This document shows, piece after piece, positions 17,611 to 28,507 of a stretch of DNA of 60,487 nucleotides. Position numbers and translations under genes: made by a program. Source of the stretch: an uncultured Acidobacteriota bacterium (GTDB taxonomy: Bacteria > Acidobacteriota > UBA6911); contig CAYGWQ010000002.1 in NCBI GenBank assembly GCA_964353465.1, positions 1 to 60,487 of the forward strand. The letters are read 5' to 3'. The first letter of the stretch is position 1; every line of letters starts with the position of its first letter. A model generated the notes under the pieces. The model saw nothing but the letters and a program-made list of their open reading frames with translations, did not search any database and was not told the origin of the DNA.

Positions 17611-18654
17611 TTATGGATCGTCCGCATCCTGGTCTGCTCGCCGCCTGATGCCCCCTTTCGCAAATAGGAGTTGGGCGAAATATTTCAAGCAGCCAATCCC
17701 GAAGGCCACGGCACTATAAATGTAATAGAACCAGTGCATCAGCGTAGCGCGTATGCAGAACAATGCGCCGCCATGCATATAATAAAAGCGATAGAGCCGC
17801 CGGTTCCAGCCGATCACGGGCAACAATGCAAGCGGGATTCCGATCAGGGACCAGCGACTCCAGAAACCAAACACGCCCAAAAGTACCGCCAGGCAGGTGA
17901 AAGCCGAAGAGGCACGTTGCGGCCGGCTCACATTCAGGTCGTCAAGGATCTTCCCATAAGCGAGCTGCAGTACCGTCCAGGGAATCGCTCGATCGCAGAC
18001 ATCGCTGCGCAGCAGGCCGGTGAATGTCCAGCGCTTGGCGTGCTTTACCAATAGGCGCTTGCAGAGAGCGATTCTGTAGCCTCGAGCTCGCATCCGATAT
18101 CCCAGCTCGATGTCCTCGATGCTGGGGATGAGGTAGGACTCGTCGAAGCCTCGAAGCTCCAGAAAGATATCGCGCCGGATAGCGCCGCACCCCGTCCAGA
18201 AGGTCGATGCTTCCGGAGAGGCCTTCTGATGCACGTAGTGATGCGTCAGATTCTTGTAGCGCGAGAGGAAATCGGATTCCGGAGGGGCATCGTCATATGA
18301 GCCGATCACTGCGGCAAGGCCGGGATTCCCTGCGAAAGCCTCGCGGACTCTGGCCACTGTGTCGGGAAAGCACAAGACATCGGCGTCGAGGAAAAAGAGG
18401 ATCCTGCCCCTGGCTTTCTGCGCACCGCGGTTGCGGGCGGAGGCGGGACCTCGGGTCGCCGCGGACCTTAGAACGAGGCCGGAAAACCGCTGTGCAATTT
18501 CGAGCGAAGAATCGGTGGAGCCGTCATCCACCAGGATCAGCTCGTAGCCGCGATCGTCGCTCGCGCATAGAGCTTGGAGACACTTCTCGAGGTAAGCGGA
18601 GGCGTTGAAGAATGGGATAACGACCGAGATCAAATCCGTGAGGCCTGAGTGCAC
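17611..18654 (-). CDS. Family 2 glycosyltransferase with C-terminal TM helices (polyprenyl-phosphate sugar synthase-like, ArnC/GtrB type)
   Basis: GT-A motifs ISVVIPFFNA and ELILVDDGSTDSS, a DxD (FLDAD), and a hydrophobic C-terminal ~100 aa. Confidence 0.8.
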   Translation of the reverse strand: MHSGLTDLISVVIPFFNASAYLEKCLQALCASDDRGYELILVDDGSTDSSLEIAQRFSGLVLRSAATRGPASARNRGAQKARGRILFFLDADVLCFPDTVARVREAFAGNPGLAAVIGSYDDAPPESDFLSRYKNLTHHYVHQKASPEASTFWTGCGAIRRDIFLELRGFDESYLIPSIEDIELGYRMRARGYRIALCKRLLVKHAKRWTFTGLLRSDVCDRAIPWTVLQLAYGKILDDLNVSRPQRASSAFTCLAVLLGVFGFWSRWSLIGIPLALLPVIGWNRRLYRFYYMHGGALFCIRATLMHWFYYIYSAVAFGIGCLKYFAQLLFAKGGIRRRADQDADDP

Positions 18655-18759
18655 CGCCTGCCTGCCTTTCTCAACCAGCGCGACCCCAAGGTATCACGGC
18701 ATCCGCTGTGGTATAAATATCAATTCGTGGGAAAGGAGACGCATGCTTTGCCATACCTG

Positions 18760-19116
18760 ATGCCCGTGCGTGTCAAACGTGTCAGTCCCCGGCAAACCGA
18801 TATCGCATGGAATGATGGGCACTTCAGCTCCTACCCGTCCTGGTACTTGCGTGAAAATTGCCCTTGTGCCTCGTGCGTGGAAGAGTTCACCGGCCGGCGC
18901 TTGATCCTCCAGGGGAGCATCCCGGGTGATCTTGAGCGAATCGATGTGGGGCCGGTTGGGAATTACGCGCTCAGATTTTCCTGGAGCGATGCTCATAGTA
19001 CCGGGATTTATACCTTTGATTTCTTGCGCAGGATTTGCCCCTGTGCTGAATGTCAGCCGGAAGGGCTCAAGGAGCCGCCGCCGAAGTCGGCGCCATCGGG
19101 ATCCTTTGAGGCCTGA
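18760..19116 (+). CDS. DUF971 (gamma-butyrobetaine hydroxylase N-terminal-like) protein
   Basis: Paired Cys motifs (CPCASC ... CPCAEC) and I.W.DGH..Y....LR..CPCA, typical of DUF971. The start is either the ATG at 18760 or the TTG at 18748 after GGAGA. Confidence 0.7.
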   Translation: MPVRVKRVSPRQTDIAWNDGHFSSYPSWYLRENCPCASCVEEFTGRRLILQGSIPGDLERIDVGPVGNYALRFSWSDAHSTGIYTFDFLRRICPCAECQPEGLKEPPPKSAPSGSFEA

Positions 19117-19226
19117 CCACCCGGCAGCCGGCGTGCGATCGCTGCAGGACGCCGTCTGCTGAATTCCAATATAGGAATCCTGCCTTTCCCGGGGATTGGA
19201 CGGATACTTCCGGAGGTTGATCTCAG

Positions 19227-22200
19227 GTGAGTGAGGACTTTGTCAAGGGAACGGTGCTGAAGCAGTTGCTGCGGGACCGCATTCTCATTCTGGATGGCGC
19301 CATGGGGACCATGGTCCAGCGGCTCCAATTGGATGAAGCCGCGTATCGCGGCGCGCGATTTGCCGGCCATCCCCGGGACCTGCGCGGCAATCATGATCTC
19401 CTGAATCTCACCCAACCGCAGGTGATACAGGCGATTCACAGTCAATACCTGGCTGCCGGCGCCGACATTATCGAAACCAACAGCTTCAACGCCAACGCCG
19501 TGTCGCTGGCCGACTATGACCTTCAGGGCCTTGCCTACGAGATCAATCTGGCTGCCGCGCGGCTCGCCAGAGCTGCGGTGCTCGAGGCTGAGGCTGCCAA
19601 TCCTCTTCGCCCGAGATTTGTCGCCGGCTCGATCGGCCCCACGAACAGGACAGCCTCCCTGTCTCCAGATGTTAATAACCCGAGCTTCCGTTCCATTACC
19701 TTCGATCAACTGGTTGCCGTCTACGGCGACCAGGTGCGCGGCCTCCTGGATGGTGGCGCGGATATTCTCCTGGTAGAGACCGCTTTCGACACCTTGAATG
19801 CCAAGGCAGCACTCTTCGCGATTGACTGCTGCTGCGAGAGACGCCGTCGGCAGGTTCCGGTGATGGTGTCGATGACCATCACGGATGCCAGCGGGCGCAC
19901 GCTGTCGGGGCAGACACCGGAGGCTTTTTGGATCTCGGTGTCCCATGCACCACTCCTGAGTGTTGGACTCAACTGTGCCTTGGGAGCTGGAGAAATGCGC
20001 TCGCACCTTGAGGACCTCTCCGAACTGGTGCCCTGCTACCTCAGTTGCCACCCCAATGCCGGCCTGCCCAATGCATTTGGCGGCTATGATCAAGCTCCCG
20101 CGGATATGGCCCATATTCTGGGCGAGTATGCTGCCAACGGATGGCTCAATATTGTGGGAGGGTGCTGCGGGACGACCCCCGAGCACATCCGTGCCATCGC
20201 GCAGGCTGTGAATGGATGCCGGCCTCGAGTGCCCGCCTCCCCTGCGCGCCACACCCGGCTGAGCGGGCTGGAGGCTCTGACCCTCCGGCCGGACACCAAT
20301 TTCATCAACGTCGGTGAGCGGACCAACGTGGCCGGCTCACCGAAGTTCGCCCGGATGATTCTTGACGGCAAGTTTGAAGAGGCGCTCGCCATGGCGCGCC
20401 AGCAAGTCGAAGGAGGGGCCCAACTGCTGGATGTCAACATGGATGAAGCCATGCTCGACTCGGAAGCGGCGATGACGCGATTTTTGAACCTCGTTGCCTC
20501 GGAACCCGACATCGCCCGGGTGCCCATCATGATTGACAGCTCGAAGTGGTCGGTGATTGAGGCCGGGCTGAAATGCCTGCAGGGTAAGGGCGTTGTCAAT
20601 TCGATCAGCCTGAAGGAAGGGGAAGAGGAATTCCGGCAGCGCGCCCGGCTGCTCAAGCGCTATGGCGCAGTCGTGATCGTCATGGCCTTCGATGAAGAAG
20701 GCCAGGCCGTGACCACCGAACGCAGAGTGGCGATCTGCACGCGCGCCTACCGCATTCTCACGGAAGAAGTCGGAATCTCGCCCGAAAACATCATTTTTGA
20801 TCCGAACGTCCTGACGGTGGGCACCGGGATCGAAGAGCACAACAACTATGCCGTGAGCTTCCTGGAGGCGACATCCCGATTAAAGAAGGCCTTCCCGCTT
20901 TGCAAGGTGAGCGGGGGCGTGAGCAACGTTTCTTTCGCCTTCCGGGGCAACAGCACCGTCCGGGAAGCCATTCATGCGGCCTTTCTTTACCATGCGATCC
21001 ATGCAGGACTGGACATGGGCATTGTCAATGCGGGGCAGCTGCCGGTGTACGAGGAGATCCCCAAGGATCTGCTCGCGCTGGTGGAAGATGTTCTTCTGAA
21101 CCGCCGCCCGGACGCTACGGATCTGCTGGCGCGATATGCGGAATCGGTCAGGCAGCAGGAGAAGACGAAGGGCGAGGAGGCGGGCTGGCGTGCGGGCAGC
21201 GTTGAGGAGCGCCTGGCGCATGCCCTGGTCAAAGGCATCACGGACTACATCGAGTCTGACGTGGAAGAGGCCCGCGTGCAATGCGGCAAACCCCTTCTGG
21301 TCATCGAAGGCCCGCTGATGTCCGGAATGAACCTGGTCGGAGACCTGTTCGGATCGGGGAAAATGTTTCTCCCCCAGGTTGTCAAGAGCGCGCGGGTCAT
21401 GAAAAAGGCGGTCGCATGCCTTCTTCCTCACCTGGAGGCTGAAAAGCTGGCAACCGGAGGGGGCGCCGCGCGGGGCAAGATTGTATTGGCGACCGTCAAG
21501 GGCGATGTCCACGACATCGGCAAGAATATCGTGGGCGTGGTCCTGGGCTGCAACAACTATGAGGTAGTCGATCTTGGGGTCATGGTGCCGCGTGAGAGGA
21601 TTCTCCAAACGGCGCGCGAGCTTCATGCCGACATGATCGGCTTGAGCGGACTGATTACCCCCTCCCTGGACGAAATGGTGCACGTAGCCCGAGAGATGGA
21701 GCGCGAAGGGTTCAAAGTTCCGCTGCTGATCGGCGGAGCCACGACGAGCCGCGTCCACACGGCCGTGCGCATTGCCCCTGCCTACTCCGGGCCGGTCGTG
21801 CATGTTCCCGATGCCTCCCGCGCCGCAGGTGTGGCGGGGAGCCTGATGCGCGCCGGCACGAGCGAGAACTTCGTGGAGGAAGTGCGGCAGGAACAGGAAC
21901 GACTGCGCTCGGAGTATCGCGGGCGAAAACCGCAGAGGGCACTGCTGACGCTGGACCAGGCTCGCAGTCGCAGGCTCCGCATTGCCTGGGACAGCGGCAA
22001 GATCGAAGCCCCTTCATTCACCGGGATCCGCACCCTGGATGAATTCCCATTGAGTCAGATCGTGCCGTTTATCGACTGGTCGCCTTTTTTCCACGCCTGG
22101 GATCTGCGCGGCCGTTATCCTGAAATCCTGAATGATGACAGGATCGGAGAGAAGGCGAGGGAACTCCGGCGCGATGCGCGCGGCCTACTGGACGAGATTG

Positions 22201-22925
22201 TCCGACTGCATCTGATCACGGCGCGCGCGGTCTACGGTTTTTTCCCGGCCAATAGTATCGGCGACGACATTGAGGTGTATGGCGACGAATCGCGCCTGCA
22301 ACAACAGGCCGTGTTCCACACGCTGCGCCAGCAGACCGAAAAGCCCGAGGGCCAGCCGCAGCACGCTCTCGCGGATTTTATCGCACCCAGGGATTCCGGA
22401 AAGCCGGATTATCTGGGCGCCTTCGCGCTTTCCACCGGCTTCGGTGTTGACGAGCTGTGCGGCCGGTTTGCAAGGGAGCTGGACGATTACCGCTCGATCT
22501 TGACCAAAGCGCTCGCCGATCGCCTCGCCGAGGCATTCGCCGAATGTCTCCACAAGAGGGTGCGGACCGAGTGGGGATATGGTCTGGAGGAAAGCCTTAC
22601 CATCGAGGATCTCATCCGTGAGCGCTACCGCGGCATCCGTCCCGCGCCCGGCTACCCCGCCTGCCCCGACCATACAGAGAAGCGTACGCTATTTGACCTG
22701 CTTGGAGTCGAAGAGCGCATCGGCGTGCTCCTCACGGAGAACTTTGCCATGCTTCCTGCCAGTTCCATCTGCGGTTACTATTTCGCTCACCCAGAAGCGA
22801 GATATTTCGCCGTGGGCAAGATCGGCCGCGACCAGGTTGCCGATTATGGACTGCGGAAACAGATGGATCTGCAGACCACGGAGCGCTGGCTGGCGCCCAA
22901 CTTGATCTATGATCCCGAAGCATAG
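19227..22925 (+). CDS. metH: Cobalamin-dependent methionine synthase
   Basis: 1232 aa with the full four-module layout: Hcy-binding ([10 protein letters not shown]), pterin-binding, B12-binding ([11 protein letters not shown]) and the AdoMet reactivation domain. GTG start. Confidence 0.95.
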   Translation: MSEDFVKGTVLKQLLRDRILILDGAMGTMVQRLQLDEAAYRGARFAGHPRDLRGNHDLLNLTQPQVIQAIHSQYLAAGADIIETNSFNANAVSLADYDLQGLAYEINLAAARLARAAVLEAEAANPLRPRFVAGSIGPTNRTASLSPDVNNPSFRSITFDQLVAVYGDQVRGLLDGGADILLVETAFDTLNAKAALFAIDCCCERRRRQVPVMVSMTITDASGRTLSGQTPEAFWISVSHAPLLSVGLNCALGAGEMRSHLEDLSELVPCYLSCHPNAGLPNAFGGYDQAPADMAHILGEYAANGWLNIVGGCCGTTPEHIRAIAQAVNGCRPRVPASPARHTRLSGLEALTLRPDTNFINVGERTNVAGSPKFARMILDGKFEEALAMARQQVEGGAQLLDVNMDEAMLDSEAAMTRFLNLVASEPDIARVPIMIDSSKWSVIEAGLKCLQGKGVVNSISLKEGEEEFRQRARLLKRYGAVVIVMAFDEEGQAVTTERRVAICTRAYRILTEEVGISPENIIFDPNVLTVGTGIEEHNNYAVSFLEATSRLKKAFPLCKVSGGVSNVSFAFRGNSTVREAIHAAFLYHAIHAGLDMGIVNAGQLPVYEEIPKDLLALVEDVLLNRRPDATDLLARYAESVRQQEKTKGEEAGWRAGSVEERLAHALVKGITDYIESDVEEARVQCGKPLLVIEGPLMSGMNLVGDLFGSGKMFLPQVVKSARVMKKAVACLLPHLEAEKLATGGGAARGKIVLATVKGDVHDIGKNIVGVVLGCNNYEVVDLGVMVPRERILQTARELHADMIGLSGLITPSLDEMVHVAREMEREGFKVPLLIGGATTSRVHTAVRIAPAYSGPVVHVPDASRAAGVAGSLMRAGTSENFVEEVRQEQERLRSEYRGRKPQRALLTLDQARSRRLRIAWDSGKIEAPSFTGIRTLDEFPLSQIVPFIDWSPFFHAWDLRGRYPEILNDDRIGEKARELRRDARGLLDEIVRLHLITARAVYGFFPANSIGDDIEVYGDESRLQQQAVFHTLRQQTEKPEGQPQHALADFIAPRDSGKPDYLGAFALSTGFGVDELCGRFARELDDYRSILTKALADRLAEAFAECLHKRVRTEWGYGLEESLTIEDLIRERYRGIRPAPGYPACPDHTEKRTLFDLLGVEERIGVLLTENFAMLPASSICGYYFAHPEARYFAVGKIGRDQVADYGLRKQMDLQTTERWLAPNLIYDPEA

Positions 22926-22943
22926 GCGGAATGCTCCCGAGAG

Positions 22944-25748
22944 TCAGGACACCGATGTGCTGAGAATTTCGCTAACCTTGTCGGTCAGCGAGGAGGTAGA
23001 GAAGGGTTTGTGCAAAAAGGCTGTGTTTGGTTCGAGGAAACCCTTGTGCGTTATCGCTTCCTCGGAATATCCGGACATGAAAAGCACTTTGATTTCGGGG
23101 CGCATGGCCACGACTTGCCGGGCCAGCTCCCAGCCGCTAATAACCGGCATGACAACATCTGTGACCAGAAGATGAATGGGAGCGTCATGCTCCCTGCAGA
23201 TCTGCAGTGCAGAGGCTCCGTCCCGGGATGCAAGAACCCGATATCCGTACATGAGAAGAAGGCGTCGTGTAAGCTCGAGCACGGACTCTTCATCCTCCAC
23301 CAGCAGGATGGTCTCTGAACTGATGTGCGGCTGGGCAGCGGCATACTCCCTCTTGACAGGGCATGACTTCCCCTCGACTCGCGGCAGGTATACGGCAAAA
23401 GTGCTGCCGAGTCCTTCCTGACTCTCAACGCTGATATAACCCTCGCTCTGTTTTACGATTCCGTACACCGTGGAGAGCCCGAGGCCTGTGCCTCGGCCGA
23501 TGTCTTTCGTGGTGAAGAACGGTTCGAAAAGGTGGGATCGCGCATCCGCACTGATCCCGCACCCGTTGTCGCTTACGCTCAGGAGCACATACTGACCCGG
23601 CCTGGATCCCTCGTGCTCCCGGACAAAATCTTCGCCCAGCACGATGTTTTCCGTTTGGATGGAAAGATGACCGCCGTTGGGCATGGCATCGCGCGCGTTC
23701 ACGACCAGGTTCATGATGACCTGTTCAACCTGGCCGGGATCGGCTTTCACAGGGCCGAGCTGCGGATTCAGGTCGATGCCAAGATGGATATCCTCTCCGA
23801 TCAAACGCTGCAGCATTCTCTCCATCTCGCGGACGATGTGATTAAGGTCGAGGACTTCCGGTTGGAGCACCTGACGGCGGCTGAACGCCAGAAGCTGACG
23901 AGTCAACTTGGCGGCCCTCTCCCCCGCTGCATGGATCTCTTCGACGAAACGGCGTTGCGGAGCGTGCCCTTGCATCTGGCACATCATCAGCTCGGTATAG
24001 CCGTTGATGCAGGTGAGCAGGTTGTTGAAATCATGGGCAATCCCACCGGCGAGCCTTCCCATGGCCTCGATCTTCTGGGATTGACGTAACTGCTGCTCCA
24101 GCCTTTTGCGGCTGGTGTCGTCAAAAATGTAGCCCTTGATCTCCAGGAGTTTCCCGAGATCGTCAAATGTGCCGTAGGTGTTCTCCACGACGTAAACGGG
24201 CTTGCCGTCTTTCCGTCGCAGTTCGGCTTCCTCATGTTCCAGTTTTTTGTGCTCGCGGAGGCGTTGGAGGGTGGCTTCCCGATCGCCGGGATTCGGGTAG
24301 AGGAGTACCATGTCCGTGCCCATTGCCTCCTCCAGCGTGTCAAATCCGAATATCTGCAGGAATGTAGGATTGCACGCCAGGAGCTTTCCTTCCGGACTTG
24401 ATATGTAGGCACCGCTCAAATCTTCGTCAAAAAACTTCCGGTATTTCTCTTCGGAAGCGCGCAGCGCTGCCTCCGATTGTTTCTGCTCCGTGATGTCTTC
24501 GTAGGTGCCCATCACACCGATGACTCTTCCTTCCTGGTCGTGGAGCGGAATCTTGCTGGTTCTGAGCCAGCTAACACTGCCGTCGGGTTTATGTTGTGGC
24601 TCCTCAAACCTGAGCTTGGGCTTGTCGGTGTTCATTACCAGCAGGTCATCCTCCCGGTACAACGGGGCAGTCTGCCGCCACGACAGCTCGAAATCATTCT
24701 TGCCGATGATATCGCGTGGATGGGAGAAGCCGGCATCGCAGGCAAAGGACTTGTTGCACCCGAAGTACCGGAGATCTCGGTTTTTCCAGAATACACGTTG
24801 GGGAATGTTGTCCAGGATCAGCTGAAACATCTGCCGGGACCGATGGATCTCCTCCTGTACTTCTTTCTCTTCGGAGATGTCGCGCGCGATGCCGACGAGG
24901 TATATCGGCTGGCGGGCTTCATTGCGGACAATCGAGGTGGAGAGATATGCCGGAAATTCGCTGCCGTCCTTGCGACGGTTCAGGATCTCACCGCGCCAGC
25001 CGCCGCGCAGCGTGGCGGGAAGTATTTCCCTGACAATTTCCGGCGGGTTATATCGGGCACGGACCAGGGAGACGTTTTTGCCGATCAATTCGTGTTCTTC
25101 GAATCCATAAGTATTGAGGAACGCCTCGTTGACAAAGCAAATGTTGTCGGACATGTCGGTAATGCTCACACATTCGCTGATGCTCCGCAGTGTGTGCGCC
25201 AGCAGGCGGAGCTCGCGCTCCGCCTGCTTCTGTTCCGTAACATCCAACAGGGATACGATGACCTTCGAGTAGGTTTCCTCAGATCCGGGCACCACGGACC
25301 AGCGCAGCATGGCATGGATCTTTCTGCCGGTGAGCGTCCGGTTGGTGACCACGGTCTCCAGAAAAATCTCGCCCCTGCTGATGGCCAACAACTGCATCTT
25401 GAACTCAGGGAGGCTTTCCTCCTCAAACACAAAAGCCAGCCCGCACAGCAGCGCCTCTTTGCTTTCCGCTTCGAAGAGCCTGAGTGCCGACAAGTTGACG
25501 TCGATGATCTTTACCAGGCCGGCGCACTCGGCGACGACTTCCGGGTGCTCTGTGAAATAGGACCCGAAATCCTCAACGCCGTCGGCGCGCAGTGCATCGA
25601 CGCGGCTTTTGATGGCGGAGAAGTCCTCCATCCAGATGGCGACGGGAGAGTTCTCGAACAGGCTGCGGTACCGTCTCTCACTTTGCCGCAATGCCTCAAC
25701 CGCGGTAGCGCCCAAGGGCTCCATTTCGATAAGGGACTTCTGCTCCAT
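22944..25748 (-). CDS. Multi-PAS hybrid sensor histidine kinase with C-terminal receiver domain
   Basis: Repeated PAS/PAC blocks (RYRSLFENSPVAIW, EEKYRKFFDE), an H-box (GGIAHDFNNLLT), an ATPase N/G boxes (NLVVNARDAM, DNGCGI, GTGLGLS), and REC (ILLVEDEE...LLVTDVVMP). No cognate regulator gene is adjacent. Confidence 0.9.
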   Translation of the reverse strand: MEQKSLIEMEPLGATAVEALRQSERRYRSLFENSPVAIWMEDFSAIKSRVDALRADGVEDFGSYFTEHPEVVAECAGLVKIIDVNLSALRLFEAESKEALLCGLAFVFEEESLPEFKMQLLAISRGEIFLETVVTNRTLTGRKIHAMLRWSVVPGSEETYSKVIVSLLDVTEQKQAERELRLLAHTLRSISECVSITDMSDNICFVNEAFLNTYGFEEHELIGKNVSLVRARYNPPEIVREILPATLRGGWRGEILNRRKDGSEFPAYLSTSIVRNEARQPIYLVGIARDISEEKEVQEEIHRSRQMFQLILDNIPQRVFWKNRDLRYFGCNKSFACDAGFSHPRDIIGKNDFELSWRQTAPLYREDDLLVMNTDKPKLRFEEPQHKPDGSVSWLRTSKIPLHDQEGRVIGVMGTYEDITEQKQSEAALRASEEKYRKFFDEDLSGAYISSPEGKLLACNPTFLQIFGFDTLEEAMGTDMVLLYPNPGDREATLQRLREHKKLEHEEAELRRKDGKPVYVVENTYGTFDDLGKLLEIKGYIFDDTSRKRLEQQLRQSQKIEAMGRLAGGIAHDFNNLLTCINGYTELMMCQMQGHAPQRRFVEEIHAAGERAAKLTRQLLAFSRRQVLQPEVLDLNHIVREMERMLQRLIGEDIHLGIDLNPQLGPVKADPGQVEQVIMNLVVNARDAMPNGGHLSIQTENIVLGEDFVREHEGSRPGQYVLLSVSDNGCGISADARSHLFEPFFTTKDIGRGTGLGLSTVYGIVKQSEGYISVESQEGLGSTFAVYLPRVEGKSCPVKREYAAAQPHISSETILLVEDEESVLELTRRLLLMYGYRVLASRDGASALQICREHDAPIHLLVTDVVMPVISGWELARQVVAMRPEIKVLFMSGYSEEAITHKGFLEPNTAFLHKPFSTSSLTDKVSEILSTSVS

Positions 25749-25908
25749 TTCAGGTACCTTGCCTCAACTCACCTCATTTCGGCAATGTTGACCTCAGACA
25801 TTACCGGACAAATGCAGTTCGTTCCGCGCCGGGATTCGCTTATGACAGAAGGCTTTCAGTACACGGAAGAAAAGGGGAAGGCAAAACCCCTGCATGCGAA
25901 CCCAACTC

Positions 25909-25980
25909 GGTGAGGATGGGGTTGTCATCAGCAGGACAACATGTAAGGCGACCCGGCCATCCTGAGCGCTCATCCTCACC
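25909..25980 (-). terminator. Nested hairpins downstream of the minus-strand sugar operon
   Basis: ggtgaggatg (25909-25918) pairs perfectly with catcctcacc (25971-25980). An inner hairpin is gttgtc/gacaac (25921-25940). It starts 14 nt after the stop at 25994. Confidence 0.4.
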
Positions 25981-25993
25981 CGGAAAGCGCTTT

Positions 25994-27373
25994 TCATTCT
26001 TCCGTCACATCGAAGAAATGGTTGTAATAGATCTTCTGTGAGGGATCCGGGATCAGGCCTTGCACGAGGCTGGAATAGATGGTCCTGGATGCGGCGAATA
26101 CTGTGTCTGTGGCCTGAAATCCCAGGACATCGTGCACCTTCTTGAAATTCACTCTGTAGTCTCTCACATCGAGGCTTTTGTGGTCATGCTGGACATCCAC
26201 GCCGCCCAGAGTTCTGGCGATGATCTGGGCTATATCCTCGATCTGGTAATTTTGCGCATCCGAGCCCACATTGAAAACCTGGTTCCCCACACTGGAGATA
26301 TCTGCCTCAATGCAGAGCACATACGCATCGGCTGCGTCCTGAACACTCAGGAGGGGCCTCCATTGCCTGCCGCCGAATACCCGAATCCTGCCTTCCGAGA
26401 ATGCATTCATCGTCATGGTGTTCACTACCAGATCAAACCGCATTCTCGGAGAATAACCGTACAGTGTGCCCATCCTGAGAATGGTGGGGGCGAAGTATGT
26501 GTCGCCCATCGACAATATGGTCTTTTCGGAAGCGATCTTTGTCCGGGCATAAAGAGATACGGGACGCAGTTCGGCATCCTCATCCAGCAGGCGGTCGGCC
26601 AGGCCATAGACGCTGCAGGTTGAAGCATACAGGAAACGATTGATGCATTGATGTTTGCAGGCTGCGGCCAGCGCCTGGGCCGCAATGACATTGGTTTCAA
26701 TGGTCTCTCTCGGCCTGATTCTGGATGCGGGGTCTCCCACGATGGCTGCCAGCAATGCCACGGCATGGACGCCATCCAGGGCACTCACGCAGGTATGGAT
26801 GTTTCTCAGATCGCCCTCGATGATCTCCAGCGCCGGCGTTTGCGGAATCTGTTCCAAAGACCGCTTGCCGTACAAAAAGCTGTCGAGGATTCGTACCGTA
26901 TAACCCCGCTCCAGAAGTTTTATAGTCAGAACGCTGCCGAGATACCCGGCTCCCCCTACGATCAGGATCCTCCGCAGCCGGCCATTGGCGGCGCCTTGCT
27001 CCTGAGTGGCATCCGACACATTTTTCAGGTCTTCCAGGGAGAAAACATCGACGATCCTGTCACTCTCTCCCAGGACAGGGATGAGCTCAACCCCCTGCAA
27101 AGTAAGGTCCGAAAGTACATTCCGGATGACCTCTTCACTCTTTAGGTCCGATTGCCTGACCGCGTATTTATAGGAGTAAGGGTGTCCCTTGATGACATCG
27201 GCCTCGCTGACGCCGCTGATAAGGAGACGGCGCAGGTCGCTTATGGATACTGTTCCGTCATACCGGCCCCGGGCGTCGAGCGTGAAGCCTGTGTCGTAAC
27301 GGCTCCTCTCTATGAGCTGGATAGACTCCTTGAGGGTGGTATCCTGGGTTATGATTGCAGCATCCCGTTTCAT
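25994..27373 (-). CDS. CBS-pair domain fused to NAD-dependent sugar epimerase/dehydratase (extended SDR)
   Basis: The N-terminal ~120 aa form two CBS-like repeats. These are followed by a Rossmann motif (ILIVGGAGYLGSVL) and the catalytic YxxxK (YARTKIASE). The ATG overlaps the upstream stop (ATGA). Confidence 0.8.
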   Translation of the reverse strand: MKRDAAIITQDTTLKESIQLIERSRYDTGFTLDARGRYDGTVSISDLRRLLISGVSEADVIKGHPYSYKYAVRQSDLKSEEVIRNVLSDLTLQGVELIPVLGESDRIVDVFSLEDLKNVSDATQEQGAANGRLRRILIVGGAGYLGSVLTIKLLERGYTVRILDSFLYGKRSLEQIPQTPALEIIEGDLRNIHTCVSALDGVHAVALLAAIVGDPASRIRPRETIETNVIAAQALAAACKHQCINRFLYASTCSVYGLADRLLDEDAELRPVSLYARTKIASEKTILSMGDTYFAPTILRMGTLYGYSPRMRFDLVVNTMTMNAFSEGRIRVFGGRQWRPLLSVQDAADAYVLCIEADISSVGNQVFNVGSDAQNYQIEDIAQIIARTLGGVDVQHDHKSLDVRDYRVNFKKVHDVLGFQATDTVFAASRTIYSSLVQGLIPDPSQKIYYNHFFDVTEE

Positions 27374-28293
27374 GATGCGTCTCTCGCCGACGTCAGATAT
27401 CGCTCCACGTAGAGGGCCAGAGCCTGTTCATAGCCGTGCCGGGGTTCCCAATCCAGCAGCCGCTTGGCCTTTTCCGAGGAGATGAAGCGGCCCTTGAAAT
27501 TCCCCTTCCGGTCCTCCACGAACTCGACTTTCGCCTTTTTCCCGAGAATGCGCTCCAGGGTCCTGACCACCTGAAGCACCGTGATTTTTTCTGCTCCGTT
27601 CAGGTTGAAAACTTCGTTGCGCGCGCCCTCCTTGAGGCAGGCGACATTCCCTTCCGCAAGGTCCTTGACATAGATGAACTGGCGGTATTGGCTGCCGTCG
27701 CCATGAATGCGTATGGTTTCATCCCCGAGGATTCTCCGGATAAATGTTGGCGTAACCGTTTCCGGACGGCCGCGCTCCCCGAAAGGTATTCCATATCTCA
27801 TGATGGTATACTCGACGCCATACAGATTCCGGTAACCGACGCAAAACAGTTCCGCGGCTATTTTGGCACTGGTGTACAAATGATCAGGATTTTGAGCATA
27901 GGCACAATCTTCCGTAATCTCACGGTCGCCATCGGTGCTCGCCGATCCATACACCCACTCCGTGGAGGCCAGCAATACACGGGAAGCCCCGGCACGGCGC
28001 GCAGCTTCCAGAACGCATAAAGCAGACTGGGAAGTGTTTTCATTGGAGAACAGCGGGCTTTCAAAAAATCGATTTACATTTGCCTCGGCGGCCAGGTGAT
28101 ACACCTGGTCGCCGGGCTTGATGTTCTTCCCCAGCCGGTCCAGATCCCTGGTGTCCCCCCGGACAAATTCGCAGTCTGTGGCATGCCGCGGCGTATCCAG
28201 ATCATAGATACACACCTCATGACCATGCGCCGCCAAGGCATCCACCACGTGTGAACCTATAAAGCCGGAACCTCCCGTGACTATCACTCTCAT
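27370..28293 (-). CDS. NAD-dependent epimerase/dehydratase (GalE/UXS-like SDR)
   Basis: MRVIVTGGSGFIGSHVV Rossmann start and YxxxK (YTSAKIAAE). The start was moved to the ATG at 28293, because the track extension lacks homology-like sequence. Confidence 0.85.
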   Translation of the reverse strand: MRVIVTGGSGFIGSHVVDALAAHGHEVCIYDLDTPRHATDCEFVRGDTRDLDRLGKNIKPGDQVYHLAAEANVNRFFESPLFSNENTSQSALCVLEAARRAGASRVLLASTEWVYGSASTDGDREITEDCAYAQNPDHLYTSAKIAAELFCVGYRNLYGVEYTIMRYGIPFGERGRPETVTPTFIRRILGDETIRIHGDGSQYRQFIYVKDLAEGNVACLKEGARNEVFNLNGAEKITVLQVVRTLERILGKKAKVEFVEDRKGNFKGRFISSEKAKRLLDWEPRHGYEQALALYVERYLTSARDAS

Positions 28294-28507
28294 GCGAATC
28301 CCCTGTTGTGGAAACAATAAGTCCGCCCCGCCGCTATGACAACGATTCCTGGAGCGGTTCGCCACTCCACTGTGCCGGCAAATTATCGTGCAGTGACGGT
28401 TCCTCTGCAAGGATTTTGGATCTCCAGCCGACGCTCCCGGATTGGGGCCCGGCATCCGGCTGGTTGCGACACCTTCAAAATCCGCAATCCCGATTAAAGA
28501 ATCTTAC

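Noticed and set aside
19117-19226. Possible SAH, SAM or cobalamin riboswitch in the 110-nt leader of metH
   Set aside because: Only short generic hairpins are present. I could not find the conserved SAH-element core or a B12 box, and the leader is too short for a cobalamin riboswitch. A cmscan would settle it.
19053-21803. 399-aa, 188-aa, 167-aa and 307-aa minus-strand ORFs inside metH
   Set aside because: They are antisense to a full-length methionine synthase with all four modules. Their composition is low-complexity and R/G-rich, with no recognisable domains.
24477-25913. 478-aa plus-strand ORF opposite the histidine kinase. Similar long antisense ORFs lie at 5441-6406, 13650-14990, 28442-29437, 43914-44801 and 57588-59480.
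   Set aside because: Each lies opposite a gene with clear catalytic motifs and shows the skewed amino-acid content of GC-rich antisense frames.
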